Assembly: GCA_030024085.1 (NCBI GenBank) | Contig: JASEJE010000015.1 | Coordinates: 14,375-78,374 of the forward strand | Direction: 5' to 3' | Origin: Bacillota bacterium | GTDB lineage: Bacteria > Bacillota > SHA-98 > UBA4971 | Length of the DNA stretch: 64,000 bases | Shown: piece by piece, positions 55,400 to 63,642 of the stretch | Layout: each line of letters opens with the position of its first letter | How positions within the stretch are numbered: position 1 is the stretch's first letter | Notes under the pieces: model-generated | What the model was told of the DNA's origin: nothing | Seen by the model: only the letters and a program-made list of their open reading frames with translations | The model's database searches: none | Translations under genes and position numbers: made by a program

Positions 55400-56080
55400 C
55401 TACAGCTTCTCGATCTGACTGAAATCCAGCTCCACCGGCGTCTCTCGTCCAAACATCGACACGAGCACGCGGACCTTCCCCTTGTCGGGCTGTATCTCCT
55501 CGATGACCCCGGAAAAGTGCTGGAATGGCCCGCCGATCACCCGCACGCCCTCTCCGACGGAGAAGTCGATCTTCGGGCGCGCTTCCTCGACGCCGATCCG
55601 CCTCAAGATGTCGTGCATCTCCGTTTCCTGGAGCGGAACGGGCCTTGCACCCGACCCGACGAACCCGGTCACGCCGGGGGTGTTCCTGACGACGTACCAC
55701 GAGTCGTCCTCCATCACCATCTCCACCAGCACGTACCCCGGGAAGATCTTCTTCTTGACGACCTTCTTCTTGCCGTCCTTGAACTCGTACTCTTCCTCGG
55801 TCGGAACGAGAACCCGGAAGATCTTGTCTTCCTTCTCCATGGTCTTGACCCGTCTCTCGAGGTTGGCCTTGACCTTGTTCTCGTAGCCTGAGTACGTGTG
55901 GATCACATACCAGTTCTTGTTGGGATTCTCGGGCTCCGGAGACTCCTCGCCTGGCTCCTCCGGAAGTTCCCTGGGGTCCCCGACCGCGTCGCCGGGCACG
56001 CTCTCATGCTGCGCCGGGCCTTCCTCCACGGAGGCTGCGAGTTCATCTTCAGCAGACCGGGTTATCTCTCTTTCCTCCAC
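55400..56080 (-). CDS. nusG: transcription termination/antitermination factor NusG with ~50-aa acidic N-terminal extension
   Basis: NWYVIHTYSGYENKVKANLERRV...KOW. FSVGEGVRVIGGPFQHFSGVIEEI. Confidence 0.9.
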   Translation of the reverse strand: MEEREITRSAEDELAASVEEGPAQHESVPGDAVGDPRELPEEPGEESPEPENPNKNWYVIHTYSGYENKVKANLERRVKTMEKEDKIFRVLVPTEEEYEFKDGKKKVVKKKIFPGYVLVEMVMEDDSWYVVRNTPGVTGFVGSGARPVPLQETEMHDILRRIGVEEARPKIDFSVGEGVRVIGGPFQHFSGVIEEIQPDKGKVRVLVSMFGRETPVELDFSQIEKL

Positions 56081-56145
56081 CTCACGAGGGGCCGCATTGC
56101 CTCACGGCCGCAGCCCTCCACCCCCTACTGAAGTTTTACCGCACG

Positions 56146-56346
56146 TTACCGTATGAATATCTTCAGGCCCTGGGAAAACACGAAATCGATGAGCCCGATG
56201 AATGCGCTGGCCACGACGACCACGGTAACCACGACCACAGTCGAAGACACGAGTTCCTTGCGGTCGGGCCATGCAACCTTCCTCATCTCGGCCCTGACCT
56301 CACGGAGGAACTTGCCCATGCGGCCGAGCCTCTCCTTGATCTGCAT
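56146..56346 (-). CDS. secE: preprotein translocase subunit SecE
   Basis: 66 aa. FLREVRAEMRKVAWPDRKELVSSTVVVVTVVVVASAFIGLIDF. Confidence 0.85.
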   Translation of the reverse strand: MQIKERLGRMGKFLREVRAEMRKVAWPDRKELVSSTVVVVTVVVVASAFIGLIDFVFSQGLKIFIR

Positions 56347-56428
56347 AACGGCTCCCTTCCTCGCCCGCCGGCCCGAACACGGGCCTTCTCAAGTCGGTGG
56401 ATCGGTGAGTCCCTGTCACCAGGCCCTC

Positions 56429-56578
56429 CTACCGGGTCTCCTTGTGGATCGTGTGGGCCCGGCAGAACTTGCAGAACTTCTTCAGCTCCATCCGGTCGGG
56501 ATCGTTCCGCTTGTTCTTCTCAGTGCGGTAGTTCCGCTGCTTGCATTTGGTGCACTCAAGAGTGATGCCCTCGCGCAC
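56429..56578 (-). CDS. rpmG: 50S ribosomal protein L33 (zinc-ribbon form), GTG start; below the ORF-track length cutoff
   Basis: Manual translation gives [56 protein letters not shown] lies 7 nt upstream. Confidence 0.8.
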   Translation of the reverse strand: MREGITLECTKCKQRNYRTEKNKRNDPDRMELKKFCKFCRAHTIHKETR

Positions 56579-56793
56579 TTCTTCACACCCCCTGGCACGT
56601 CACCCCTAGAATCTAGCATACCGCGGCAGGCGTGTCAATAAGAGACCAAATCCCCAAATCCCCAGATTCCGGGCAAACCCCGGACGAGCCCCGGAAACCT
56701 GCCGGCTGCCTGGCGTCCTGAGCGCCGGGGGGCATGCCCGCCGGTACAAGAAAACAGCGCCGGACCCACAGGCGCCTTGCTGGATTAAAGAAC

Positions 56794-56869
56794 TGGAGCC
56801 CACGGCCGGAATCGAACCGGCGACCCCATCCTTACCATGGATGTGCTCTGCCTGCTGAGCTACATGGGC
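56794..56869 (-). tRNA. tRNA-Thr (anticodon GGU), CCA encoded
   Basis: Manual cloverleaf: acceptor GCCCATG/CGTGGGC. Anticodon stem CATCC/GGATG. Loop AUGGUAA. T-arm GCCGG-TTCGATT-CCGGC. Confidence 0.85.
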
Positions 56870-56883
56870 TCCTAAACATGACC

Positions 56884-56960
56884 TGGAGCGGGAAACGGGA
56901 CTCGAACCCGCGACATTCAGCTTGGAAGGCTGACGCTCTAGCCAACTGAGCTATTCCCGC
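56884..56960 (-). tRNA. tRNA-Gly (anticodon UCC), CCA encoded
   Basis: Acceptor GCGGGAA/TTCCCGC. D-arm GCTC-AGTTGGCTA-GAGC. Anticodon stem TCAGC/GCTGA. Loop CUUCCAA. Confidence 0.85.
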
Positions 56961-56975
56961 TCGACGTAAAATGCC

Positions 56976-57061
56976 TGGTGGAGAGGGGTGGATTCGAACC
57001 ACCGAAGGCTGAGCCAACAGATTTACAGTCTGCCCCCTTTGACCAGCTCGGGAACCTCTCC
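56976..57061 (-). tRNA. tRNA-Tyr (anticodon GUA), class II long variable arm, CCA encoded
   Basis: Acceptor GGAGAGG/CCTCTCC. Anticodon stem GCAGA/TCTGT. Loop CUGUAAA. Variable arm TGGCTCAGCCTTCGG. Confidence 0.85.
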
Positions 57062-57120
57062 ACTAAACCTGTGCGTGTAGGGACCGACACCCTCAGCCCA
57101 GCGTCCCATGCCGCTTTTAT

Positions 57121-57149
57121 ATATTAGCATAGAGGTGCGGCGTACGCAA
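57121..57149 (-). promoter_or_regulatory. sigma-A-type promoter of the tRNA Tyr-Gly-Thr operon (TTGCGT-17-TAATAT)
   Basis: Minus strand: TTGCGT, a 17-nt spacer, then TAATAT, ~55 nt upstream of tRNA-Tyr. A direct repeat CGGCAATTGGCAC x2 lies just upstream at 57150-57181. Confidence 0.45.
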
Positions 57150-57355
57150 GTGCCAATTGCCGCTTGGTGCCAATTGCCGTTTGGGGGCGCGTGTAGCAAT
57201 TGTGGCGCCCAGGGGTTACCTCCACTTTCTGGACAGCGGCATGTCAGGCTACCTTCGCAGGCGATTCCACGGTTTGGTCGCCTGTGAGGCTGGGCTCACC
57301 GCGACCAGGTTGCCCGGCCGGGTCGGTCCGCTGGAGGCCACCCCCGGGCTGCTCC

Positions 57356-57701
57356 TGGATGTCTACGGACCACCCTCGCAGCCTCCATGACCGAGCGGAC
57401 GGTAAGGTGGTCTGTTTGCGACCATGATTAGCATACATTTGGCCGCCTGCCTGCCACTTGGGCAGACATACTGGTCGCCACGAGACCACCTTCGAGCGCG
57501 CGGCGGTGAGGGTGGTCGCTGCGAAGGTGGGTCGCGCGCGCTCAAGGCTGAACGTGAAGTGGTCGTCTGGAAACCACATTCCCGCGCTTCCTGGTCCTCG
57601 ACGGACCACCTCTCGCGACTCGCGTCTATAGGTGGATCCAGTCTGAGCAGGTCGCTCGCGAACATGGTCCCTGGCTGGCCACCCCGGCGAGCACAGCTGG
57701 C
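57356..57701 (+). repeat. three tandem degenerate ~115-120-nt repeat units, each with a GACCACC...GGTGGTC hairpin
   Basis: Units start at 57356, 57472 and 57592 with TGGatgtCtACGGACCACCcTCGCaGCc, TGGTCgcCaCGaGACCACCtTCGaGCG and TGGTCctCgACGGACCACCtcTCGCGaC respectively. Confidence 0.7.
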
Positions 57702-57861
57702 TATCTTCTGACCATTCCAACGCGTGTTCTGGTCGCGTCGTCAGCACTTTGCCTTGTCCAGAGTTACGTTTCGACAGGACTTGCGCCAGCCACGTCGAAA
57801 CCATGGGCGTATCCCAGAGGGAAGGTACTCTTGCTGAGAGTAGAAAAGGAGGCAACGATCG

Positions 57862-59331
57862 ATGCAGGTAGATCTCTCTTTCTGCAGACGGGAGTTTCCC
57901 GCACTCGACCTGCGGGTGAACGGACACATGGCGGCGTACTTCGACGGCCCCGGCGGCACACAGGTCCCGGCCCGGGTGATCAAGGCGATAACCCGGTACT
58001 ACCAGGAAGCGAACGCGAACTGCCACGGTGAATTCGTGACGAGCCGCCGCACTGACGGGACTATAGCCGCTGCGAGGCAGACCGTGGCCGAGATGCTGGG
58101 GGCTGCCTCGCCGGACGAGATCGCCTTCGGCCCCAACATGACCACACTCAATTTCGCCCTCTCGCGCGCCCTGGGGCGCGCACTCACGCCCGGCGACGAG
58201 ATCGTCATCACCGACCTCGATCATGAGGCAAACCGCAGCCCCTGGCAGGCCCTGGAGGAAAGGGGCGTGGTGGTACGGTCCGTCCGTGTGAACCTGCCCG
58301 AGTGCACGCTCGACTACGACGACCTGGAGAGGGCGGTCAACGCGCGGACCAGGGTGGTGGCTCTGGGATACGCGTCCAACGCGGTCGGAACCATCAACGA
58401 CGTGAAGCGCGCGGCCTCGCTCGCCCACTCCGTCGGGGCGGTGTGCGTTGTCGACGCGGTCCACTATGCGTTGCATGGAGCCATCGACGTGCGCGACATC
58501 GGCTGCGATTTCCTGCTGTGCTCCGCGTACAAGTTCTTCGGGCCGCACGTTGGCATCCTTTACGGTCGCCGCGATGCGTTCGAAAGGCTCGCCGCGTACA
58601 GGGTGCGCCCCCAGAGCTCGAAACCGCCGCACAAGATCGAGACCGGAACGCTGAACCACGAGGGCATAGCCGGCGTCATCGCCGCGATAGAGTTCATCGC
58701 GAGCCTTGGGGCTGCCCTGCCCCGGGGGGCGACCGCTGGCTTTCCTCCCATGGACAAAGGGAAATCCGGTGAATACACGACAGCAGCGGCCGGCGGTAGC
58801 CAGCCACCCAGCGCTCCTCATCTGGACGGGTCCGCTTCGAGCGGGTGGGGACGGGCGGGTCAACTGCAGGCAGGCGGACTCGGGACGCCAGCCGATGCTG
58901 CCACGTCCAAAGCCGCCCGAGATAAGGCCGGCGACGCAGAGATGGCGGAGATCCCGGCTCGGAGACCGCACATACTCGCAGGCTTCACCGCCATCGAGCT
59001 CTATGAAAGGCCGCTCTTCGCCATGCTCATGGACGGCCTGGCCTCGATTCCCGGAGTCACGGTGTATGGGCTTCCCGCCGCCGTTGGCGAACGGACCCCG
59101 ACGGTGTCCTTCAGCGTAGCTGGCAAACACCCCGCAGATGTCGCCAGGTTCCTCGGGGACCGCGGCATCTTCGTATGGCACGGCGATTTCTATGCCACCA
59201 CCCTCATCGAGCGCCTCGGCCGCGCCGAGAGCGGCGGCGTGGTGCGGGTGGGCATAGCGCCCTACAACACCACCGAAGAAGTCAGCCGGCTGGTGGAAGC
59301 CCTCAAGGAGTGCGCCGGCCTCTTCTCCTGA
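57862..59331 (+). CDS. class-V aminotransferase-fold PLP enzyme (cysteine desulfurase / selenocysteine lyase family) with ~90-aa low-complexity insertion
   Basis: RBS AAAGGAGG. PLP-lysine motif LLCSAYKFFGPHVG. HEANRSPW. Insertion AALPRGATAGFPPMDKGKSG...DAEMAEIP lies between the conserved blocks. Confidence 0.75.
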   Translation: MQVDLSFCRREFPALDLRVNGHMAAYFDGPGGTQVPARVIKAITRYYQEANANCHGEFVTSRRTDGTIAAARQTVAEMLGAASPDEIAFGPNMTTLNFALSRALGRALTPGDEIVITDLDHEANRSPWQALEERGVVVRSVRVNLPECTLDYDDLERAVNARTRVVALGYASNAVGTINDVKRAASLAHSVGAVCVVDAVHYALHGAIDVRDIGCDFLLCSAYKFFGPHVGILYGRRDAFERLAAYRVRPQSSKPPHKIETGTLNHEGIAGVIAAIEFIASLGAALPRGATAGFPPMDKGKSGEYTTAAAGGSQPPSAPHLDGSASSGWGRAGQLQAGGLGTPADAATSKAARDKAGDAEMAEIPARRPHILAGFTAIELYERPLFAMLMDGLASIPGVTVYGLPAAVGERTPTVSFSVAGKHPADVARFLGDRGIFVWHGDFYATTLIERLGRAESGGVVRVGIAPYNTTEEVSRLVEALKECAGLFS

Positions 59332-59368
59332 ACGACCTCCAGCTGGCCGGACCTGCACGAAGTTAGTT

Positions 59369-60478
59369 CTATGCGTTCCATTCAAGCCGCCGGAGCCGAT
59401 GCCCGAGGGCTCTCTCGATTCCCTGGAGCGCGGCGGCGTCGTCCCCGGTGACAAGGCTCAATGCCTGGCCTGTGGCACCGGCGCGTGCGGTGCGGCCGAC
59501 CCGGTGAACGTAGTCCTCTGGAACAGCCGGCAGGTCGTAGTTGATGACGTGCGTCACGCCCTGGATATCCAGGCCACGCGCGGCGATGTCTGTTGCCACG
59601 AGTACCCGGAAGACGCCCTGGCGGTAGCCCTCGAGGGCCGCCTCGCGCTGCCGCTGAGACCTATCGCCGTGAATGCATGCGGCCTTGACACCCGACCATG
59701 AGAGCCGGCGGGCAAGCCGGTCGGCCCGATGTTTCGTGCGCGTGAACACAAGCACGCTTTCCATGGTCTGGCGCTGAACCAGCTCCAGCAAGGCCGTCGT
59801 CTTCCGGGCGGAGGGAACCATGTAGACAGCCTGTGACACCGTCTCGGGAGGGGTCGCCACACGGCCCACCGCAAGTCGCACCGGATCCTTCATGAACCGC
59901 TCCGCCAGAGCAAGAATCTCCGGCGGCATTGTCGCGGAGAAAAGGAGCGTCTGCCGAGACGCGGGAAGGTGGGACATGATCCGCCGGAGCTCTGGCAGGA
60001 AGCCCATGTCAAACATCCGGTCGGCCTCGTCGAGCACCAGGGTCGATACGTTCTTCAGGTCTATCGTCCCTCTGCCCAGGTGGTCGAGCAGGCGACCCGG
60101 GGTCGCTACGACGATGTCCACGCCGGCTCGCAGCGCCTGCAGCTGGGGTTCATATCCCACCCCCCCGTAGATGGCGGCGCTATTCATCCCGGTGTGGCGG
60201 CCGAGCTTGCGTGCGTGCTGGGCAGTCTGAATGGCTATCTCCCGGGTCGGGCAGAGGATGAGGCCCCTGACACCGCCGCGGGGGCCGGTTGATACGCGCT
60301 CCAGCATGGGCAGAAGGAACGCAGCCGTTTTACCGCTGCCCGTCTCCGCGGTGACCACTATGTCGCGCCCTTCCAGGGCGGGGGGAATGGCAGCACTCTG
60401 GACGGGCGTGGGTTTGATGTAGCCGGCTTTCTTGATGTTCTCGAGGAGAACCAGGCCTAGTCGGAAATCGTTAAACAT
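59369..60478 (-). CDS. DEAD-box ATP-dependent RNA helicase
   Basis: Q-motif plus AETGSGKTAAF, PTRELA, LVLDEADRM, SAT, HRVGRTARAG motifs. ATG at 60478 with RBS AGAGAGGT. The ORF-track N-extension was rejected. Confidence 0.85.
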   Translation of the reverse strand: MFNDFRLGLVLLENIKKAGYIKPTPVQSAAIPPALEGRDIVVTAETGSGKTAAFLLPMLERVSTGPRGGVRGLILCPTREIAIQTAQHARKLGRHTGMNSAAIYGGVGYEPQLQALRAGVDIVVATPGRLLDHLGRGTIDLKNVSTLVLDEADRMFDMGFLPELRRIMSHLPASRQTLLFSATMPPEILALAERFMKDPVRLAVGRVATPPETVSQAVYMVPSARKTTALLELVQRQTMESVLVFTRTKHRADRLARRLSWSGVKAACIHGDRSQRQREAALEGYRQGVFRVLVATDIAARGLDIQGVTHVINYDLPAVPEDYVHRVGRTARAGATGQALSLVTGDDAAALQGIERALGHRLRRLEWNA

Positions 60479-60513
60479 GTGTACCTCTCTTCTCTCTCTT
60501 TCAGCTAGCAAAG

Positions 60514-60542
60514 AGGGGGTGTCAGCCGAGCGCTGACACCCC
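60514..60542 (-). terminator. perfect 12-bp GC hairpin (GGGGGTGTCAGC-gagc-GCTGACACCCCC) followed by TCTTTGCT on the minus strand; terminator or attenuator between ORF 60670..60969 and the helicase
   Basis: Inverted repeat read directly from the sequence. Only ~35 nt upstream of the helicase start codon, so it could instead be a regulatory hairpin. Confidence 0.35.
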
Positions 60543-60669
60543 CTGGCAGCTGTACAGCATTTCGCGTCTTCGCGGGTATCTTATCACATTTGCGGACCAA
60601 CAGCAACGACGATTTCGCGCGACGACGATTTCGCGCGATGGACACGGCCCTATGTCGACGATTCCGACC

Positions 60670-60969
60670 TTACGGAGACGTCAGCATTTTCACGATCTCC
60701 TCGAAGATCTCCCGCGCCTTCGCGGCGTCTTCACTTTCCCTCAAGGCGTCGATGTTGAGGGATACGGTCTTCCCCTGGCGAATCTCGCCGTCCTTCTCCC
60801 AGTCGGGAAGAGACACGTGAAGACGCCCGGCCCTGGGATACCACCTGAGCTTGTTCCTCTCGGTCGTGACCTCAACCGGCGTTTCCTCTTCCCAGTATCG
60901 CGTTGCCGTTATCGACTCCTCCTCGCCTTCCCTGACGGGGTTCTGCCTGCCGCCAACCCAGGTCCCCAC
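60670..60969 (-). CDS. hypothetical protein (99 aa, acidic; no motif recognised)
   Basis: Clean ORF between tRNA-Thr(UGU) and the hairpin. Not identifiable from sequence alone. Confidence 0.35.
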   Translation of the reverse strand: MGTWVGGRQNPVREGEEESITATRYWEEETPVEVTTERNKLRWYPRAGRLHVSLPDWEKDGEIRQGKTVSLNIDALRESEDAAKAREIFEEIVKMLTSP

Positions 60970-61160
60970 TGTTCAGGCACCGGGCATGCCGACTCTCCAC
61001 GATCGCGGCTGGGCGAGCGCTTCTTACAGCCCGAGTTACAGGCTAGATTGCCCGCCGGACACGCGCCTCAACACCACTATAAAGAAACGCGTTCTCAGCC
61101 GATTCTCACCGGAGCGGGTTCCAGGGGCCACCGGCCGGGCCCTGGAACCCGCCAAATAGC

Positions 61161-61235
61161 TGGAGCCGACGGTGGGACTCGAACCCACAACCTGCGGATT
61201 ACAAATCAGCTGCTCTACCGTTGAGCTACGTCGGC
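61161..61235 (-). tRNA. tRNA-Thr (anticodon UGU), CCA encoded; one U-C mismatch in the anticodon stem
   Basis: Acceptor GCCGACG/CGTCGGC. D-arm GCTC-AACGGTA-GAGC. Anticodon loop UUUGUAA. T-arm GTGGG-TTCGAGT-CCCAC. Stem GCTGA/TCCGC has a mismatch at position 29:41. Confidence 0.7.
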
Positions 61236-61417
61236 ATCAGGACTCGTGTCTTCGATTTCGTTCCCTGATAAGATCTTAGCCGCTCACGGCTCCCATGTCA
61301 ACCCGCACGAGCCCGGCGAGCCCGGCCGGATGCACATACACTACCTGGCGTTCAACCGGGCGCATATGCACTACCGGGGTACATGCACGAGTGGGTGCGC
61401 CTCCGCCCAGCCCCGGA

Positions 61418-62074
61418 TCAAGTGACCTCGTCGCGCTTCTCTATGTATCTCTCAAGTTTGCGCTTGACGCGCTGCAGCGCGTTGTCTATGGATTTCACGT
61501 GCCTATGCAATTCGCCGGCGATCTCCTGGTAAGACTTGCCGTCGAGGTACGCAGAGAGCACCTTCCACTCGAGGTCGCTCAGGAACTCGTTCATCTTGGA
61601 CTCGATGTCGACGAACTCCTCTTTGCTTATCACAAGCTCCTCGGGGTCAGTGACCTTGGTGCCGGAGAGAACGTCGAGCAGGGTGCGATCCGACTCCTCG
61701 TCGTATATGGGCTTGTTGAGCGACACGTATGAATTCAGGGGAATGTGCTTTTGCCTCGTGGCCGTCTTGATGGCCGTGATGATCTGGCGAGTTATGCAAA
61801 GCTCCGCAAACGCGCGAAACGATGCCAGCTTGTCGCTGCGGAAATCCCGTATGGCCTTGAAGAGGCCTATCATACCCTCCTGGACGATATCTTCGCGGTC
61901 GGCACCGATGAGAAAATACGAGCGCGCCTTGGCACGGACGAAGTTCTTGTACTTGTTGATTAGGTACTCTTCGGCGGCTCTCTGTCCGCATCTCGCGCTC
62001 TCGACAATATCCTCGTCGAGCATGTCATCGTACAGAGAAGATGGCTGACGCTGCGGTTCGGCACTCATTGACAT
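61418..62074 (-). CDS. sigH: RNA polymerase sigma factor SigH
   Basis: YLINKYKNFVRAKARSYFLIGADREDIVQEGMIGLFKAIRDF...HVKSIDNALQRVKRKLE matches Bacillus SigH almost block for block. Start chosen at MSMSAEP. Confidence 0.85.
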   Translation of the reverse strand: MSMSAEPQRQPSSLYDDMLDEDIVESARCGQRAAEEYLINKYKNFVRAKARSYFLIGADREDIVQEGMIGLFKAIRDFRSDKLASFRAFAELCITRQIITAIKTATRQKHIPLNSYVSLNKPIYDEESDRTLLDVLSGTKVTDPEELVISKEEFVDIESKMNEFLSDLEWKVLSAYLDGKSYQEIAGELHRHVKSIDNALQRVKRKLERYIEKRDEVT

Positions 62075-62237
62075 CGCCCCCTGCTTGTCTGACGTCGCTC
62101 GACTCACAAGGAGATTATACACTTGCGTTTGTGGACAAGTCAAGGAACGCAAGACGCCGCGGAACCTTGCCCCGCGCGCTGCCTGGCCACCCGCGCCAAG
62201 TCACACCAGCCGCGATACCGCCGCGCCCCACATGAGT

Positions 62238-63635
62238 TCAAGGTTTCCCCGCCCGCACCGGGGGGTTGATTGGGCCTGCCCCAGGCTCCGCCTCTCGGTC
62301 TGTACCGATCCGCACGACCGCGTCTCGCGGCCTGTACCTGTCGCGCGATAACACCTCCCTTCTCACGACCTCCCCACCCGTGATGACCAGCCGCTCCGTG
62401 GTCACCTCGCAGCCAGGCTCGCCCTCCTTCTCCACCACGCGCTCCCCTTTCGCGAGCTTCGCGTCCAGGACTTCACGCACGCCAGGCGCAAGGGTCGCCA
62501 CATGGGACGTGATGATGCGCACCTCGCGCCCCTCGGGCCGGTCGCCGAAGAAGCTCACCGTAAGCTTCGGCCCCACCACCTCTGACAGGATGAGGACCGG
62601 TGCGGTCCCGGCGTTCCTGAACCGGAGGTCCTGCGAACCGTAGTAGACTTGCGCGTCCCTCCCCGGCGGGACGTAGCCTGTCAGCCTGGAGTGGTTCTGC
62701 CTCGCGGTGATCCGCATGTCTGCGAGGAGCGCAGCATTGTAGACCGTGGACGAAACCTGGCAGACCCCCCCGCCCACCCCGGGCCTGAACTCGTCCTCCA
62801 CGATCTCTGGCGCCTCGCGGAACCCGAACTCGCGCGTCCTGGGGCCTACCACCTCGTTGAATGAAAACTCCTCGCCCGGCCGGACCATCACCCCGGATAT
62901 CCGGCCCGACGCAAGCCGAATGTTGTGGGCCCGGTTCTCGACCCCGGTGTCGAACGTTGTCGAAAATGATGCCACAAGCTCCCTGATGCCAAGATCCTTC
63001 AGGTCCTGGAGAGTGGTGATGGGTGGCACCCGACGGGACTCGAGGAATACAGCCGGATGCCAGGCGAGACCGAGCGCCTCGCGCACCCGTCGCGTCGACT
63101 CGGCCACGTCCAGTCGTCGCCCCTCCCGCTCAGGGATAGCCCGCCCGGTGCGGACGTCAAACGTGGCATTCCGCGCCTCGATATCAATCTCGGCCGCCAG
63201 TGCCAGTACGGCTTCGAACAGCCGTGCCTCGTCGACCCGGGTGGCTGCGCTCACGCGCCACCCTGCCGTCGCGGCCCGCCAGAGTTCACCCGCCCCTCTG
63301 ACGACGCCCCCCGTCCTTCCCACGCCCGCGACACGCCTCGCCAGCTCCGCCGGATCCGATTCGACGCCCAGGCTCTCCGGGGCGCGCTCCCACCGCTGGT
63401 CCCTGTGGATGAGCACCACCGGCCCTGTGCTCGCAAAGTGGGCCACGCGGCGGGCAACCTCCGCGGCCTCCGCCCGCGTCATGCCGCCGACATCGATCCC
63501 GCCCAGGTTCACGCCGAGAGCAATGCGCCCCCCTTCGCCTGCAAAGAACACGCCCGCCCCGACGGCCGTCCCAGCAACGAGGCAGGCGCCTGCTATCAAA
63601 GCTACCAGGCCTGTCGCAACCGCACGCGGCCGCAC
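62238..63635 (-). CDS. VanW-family protein with N-terminal TM helix and C-terminal G5 domain (start uncertain; GTG ~63635 proposed)
   Basis: VanW core ...FSFNEVVGPRTREFGFREAPEIV...GGGVCQVSSTVYNAAL. C-terminal G5-like region. The ORF-track 5' part overlaps the rlmB 3' end and is probably not coding. Confidence 0.6.
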   Translation of the reverse strand: MRPRAVATGLVALIAGACLVAGTAVGAGVFFAGEGGRIALGVNLGGIDVGGMTRAEAAEVARRVAHFASTGPVVLIHRDQRWERAPESLGVESDPAELARRVAGVGRTGGVVRGAGELWRAATAGWRVSAATRVDEARLFEAVLALAAEIDIEARNATFDVRTGRAIPEREGRRLDVAESTRRVREALGLAWHPAVFLESRRVPPITTLQDLKDLGIRELVASFSTTFDTGVENRAHNIRLASGRISGVMVRPGEEFSFNEVVGPRTREFGFREAPEIVEDEFRPGVGGGVCQVSSTVYNAALLADMRITARQNHSRLTGYVPPGRDAQVYYGSQDLRFRNAGTAPVLILSEVVGPKLTVSFFGDRPEGREVRIITSHVATLAPGVREVLDAKLAKGERVVEKEGEPGCEVTTERLVITGGEVVRREVLSRDRYRPRDAVVRIGTDREAEPGAGPINPPVRAGKP

Positions 63636-63642
63636 CGCGATG

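Noticed and set aside
57062-57120. Fourth tRNA upstream of tRNA-Tyr, as in the thrU-tyrU-glyT-thrT arrangement
   Set aside because: No acceptor/T-arm pattern (GTTCGA-type) is present. The sequence instead contains the promoter -10/-35.
57150-57185. sigma-54 promoter (TGGCAC elements)
   Set aside because: The GG-N10-GC spacing of the -24/-12 elements is not satisfied (TGGCAC is followed by TTGC after 1 nt, or by GGCA after 5).
57356-57701. CRISPR array
   Set aside because: Only three units. Repeats are degenerate (~60-70% identity over ~25 nt) rather than identical 25-40-nt repeats with unique spacers. No cas genes.
57424-57711. 95-aa ORF with internal WSPRDHLRA / WSSTDHLSRLA repeats
   Set aside because: The repeat period (116-120 nt) is not a multiple of 3, so the protein-level repeat is a by-product of the DNA repeat. 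No RBS.
57340-57860. T-box riboswitch upstream of the csd-like gene (GGGTGGTCGC resembles the T-box sequence AGGGTGGNACCGCG)
   Set aside because: No specifier loop or terminator/antiterminator pair with a U-run could be built. The downstream gene is not an aaRS or amino-acid biosynthesis gene. The similarity arises from the repeated GACCACC/GGTGGTC hairpins of the tandem repeat.
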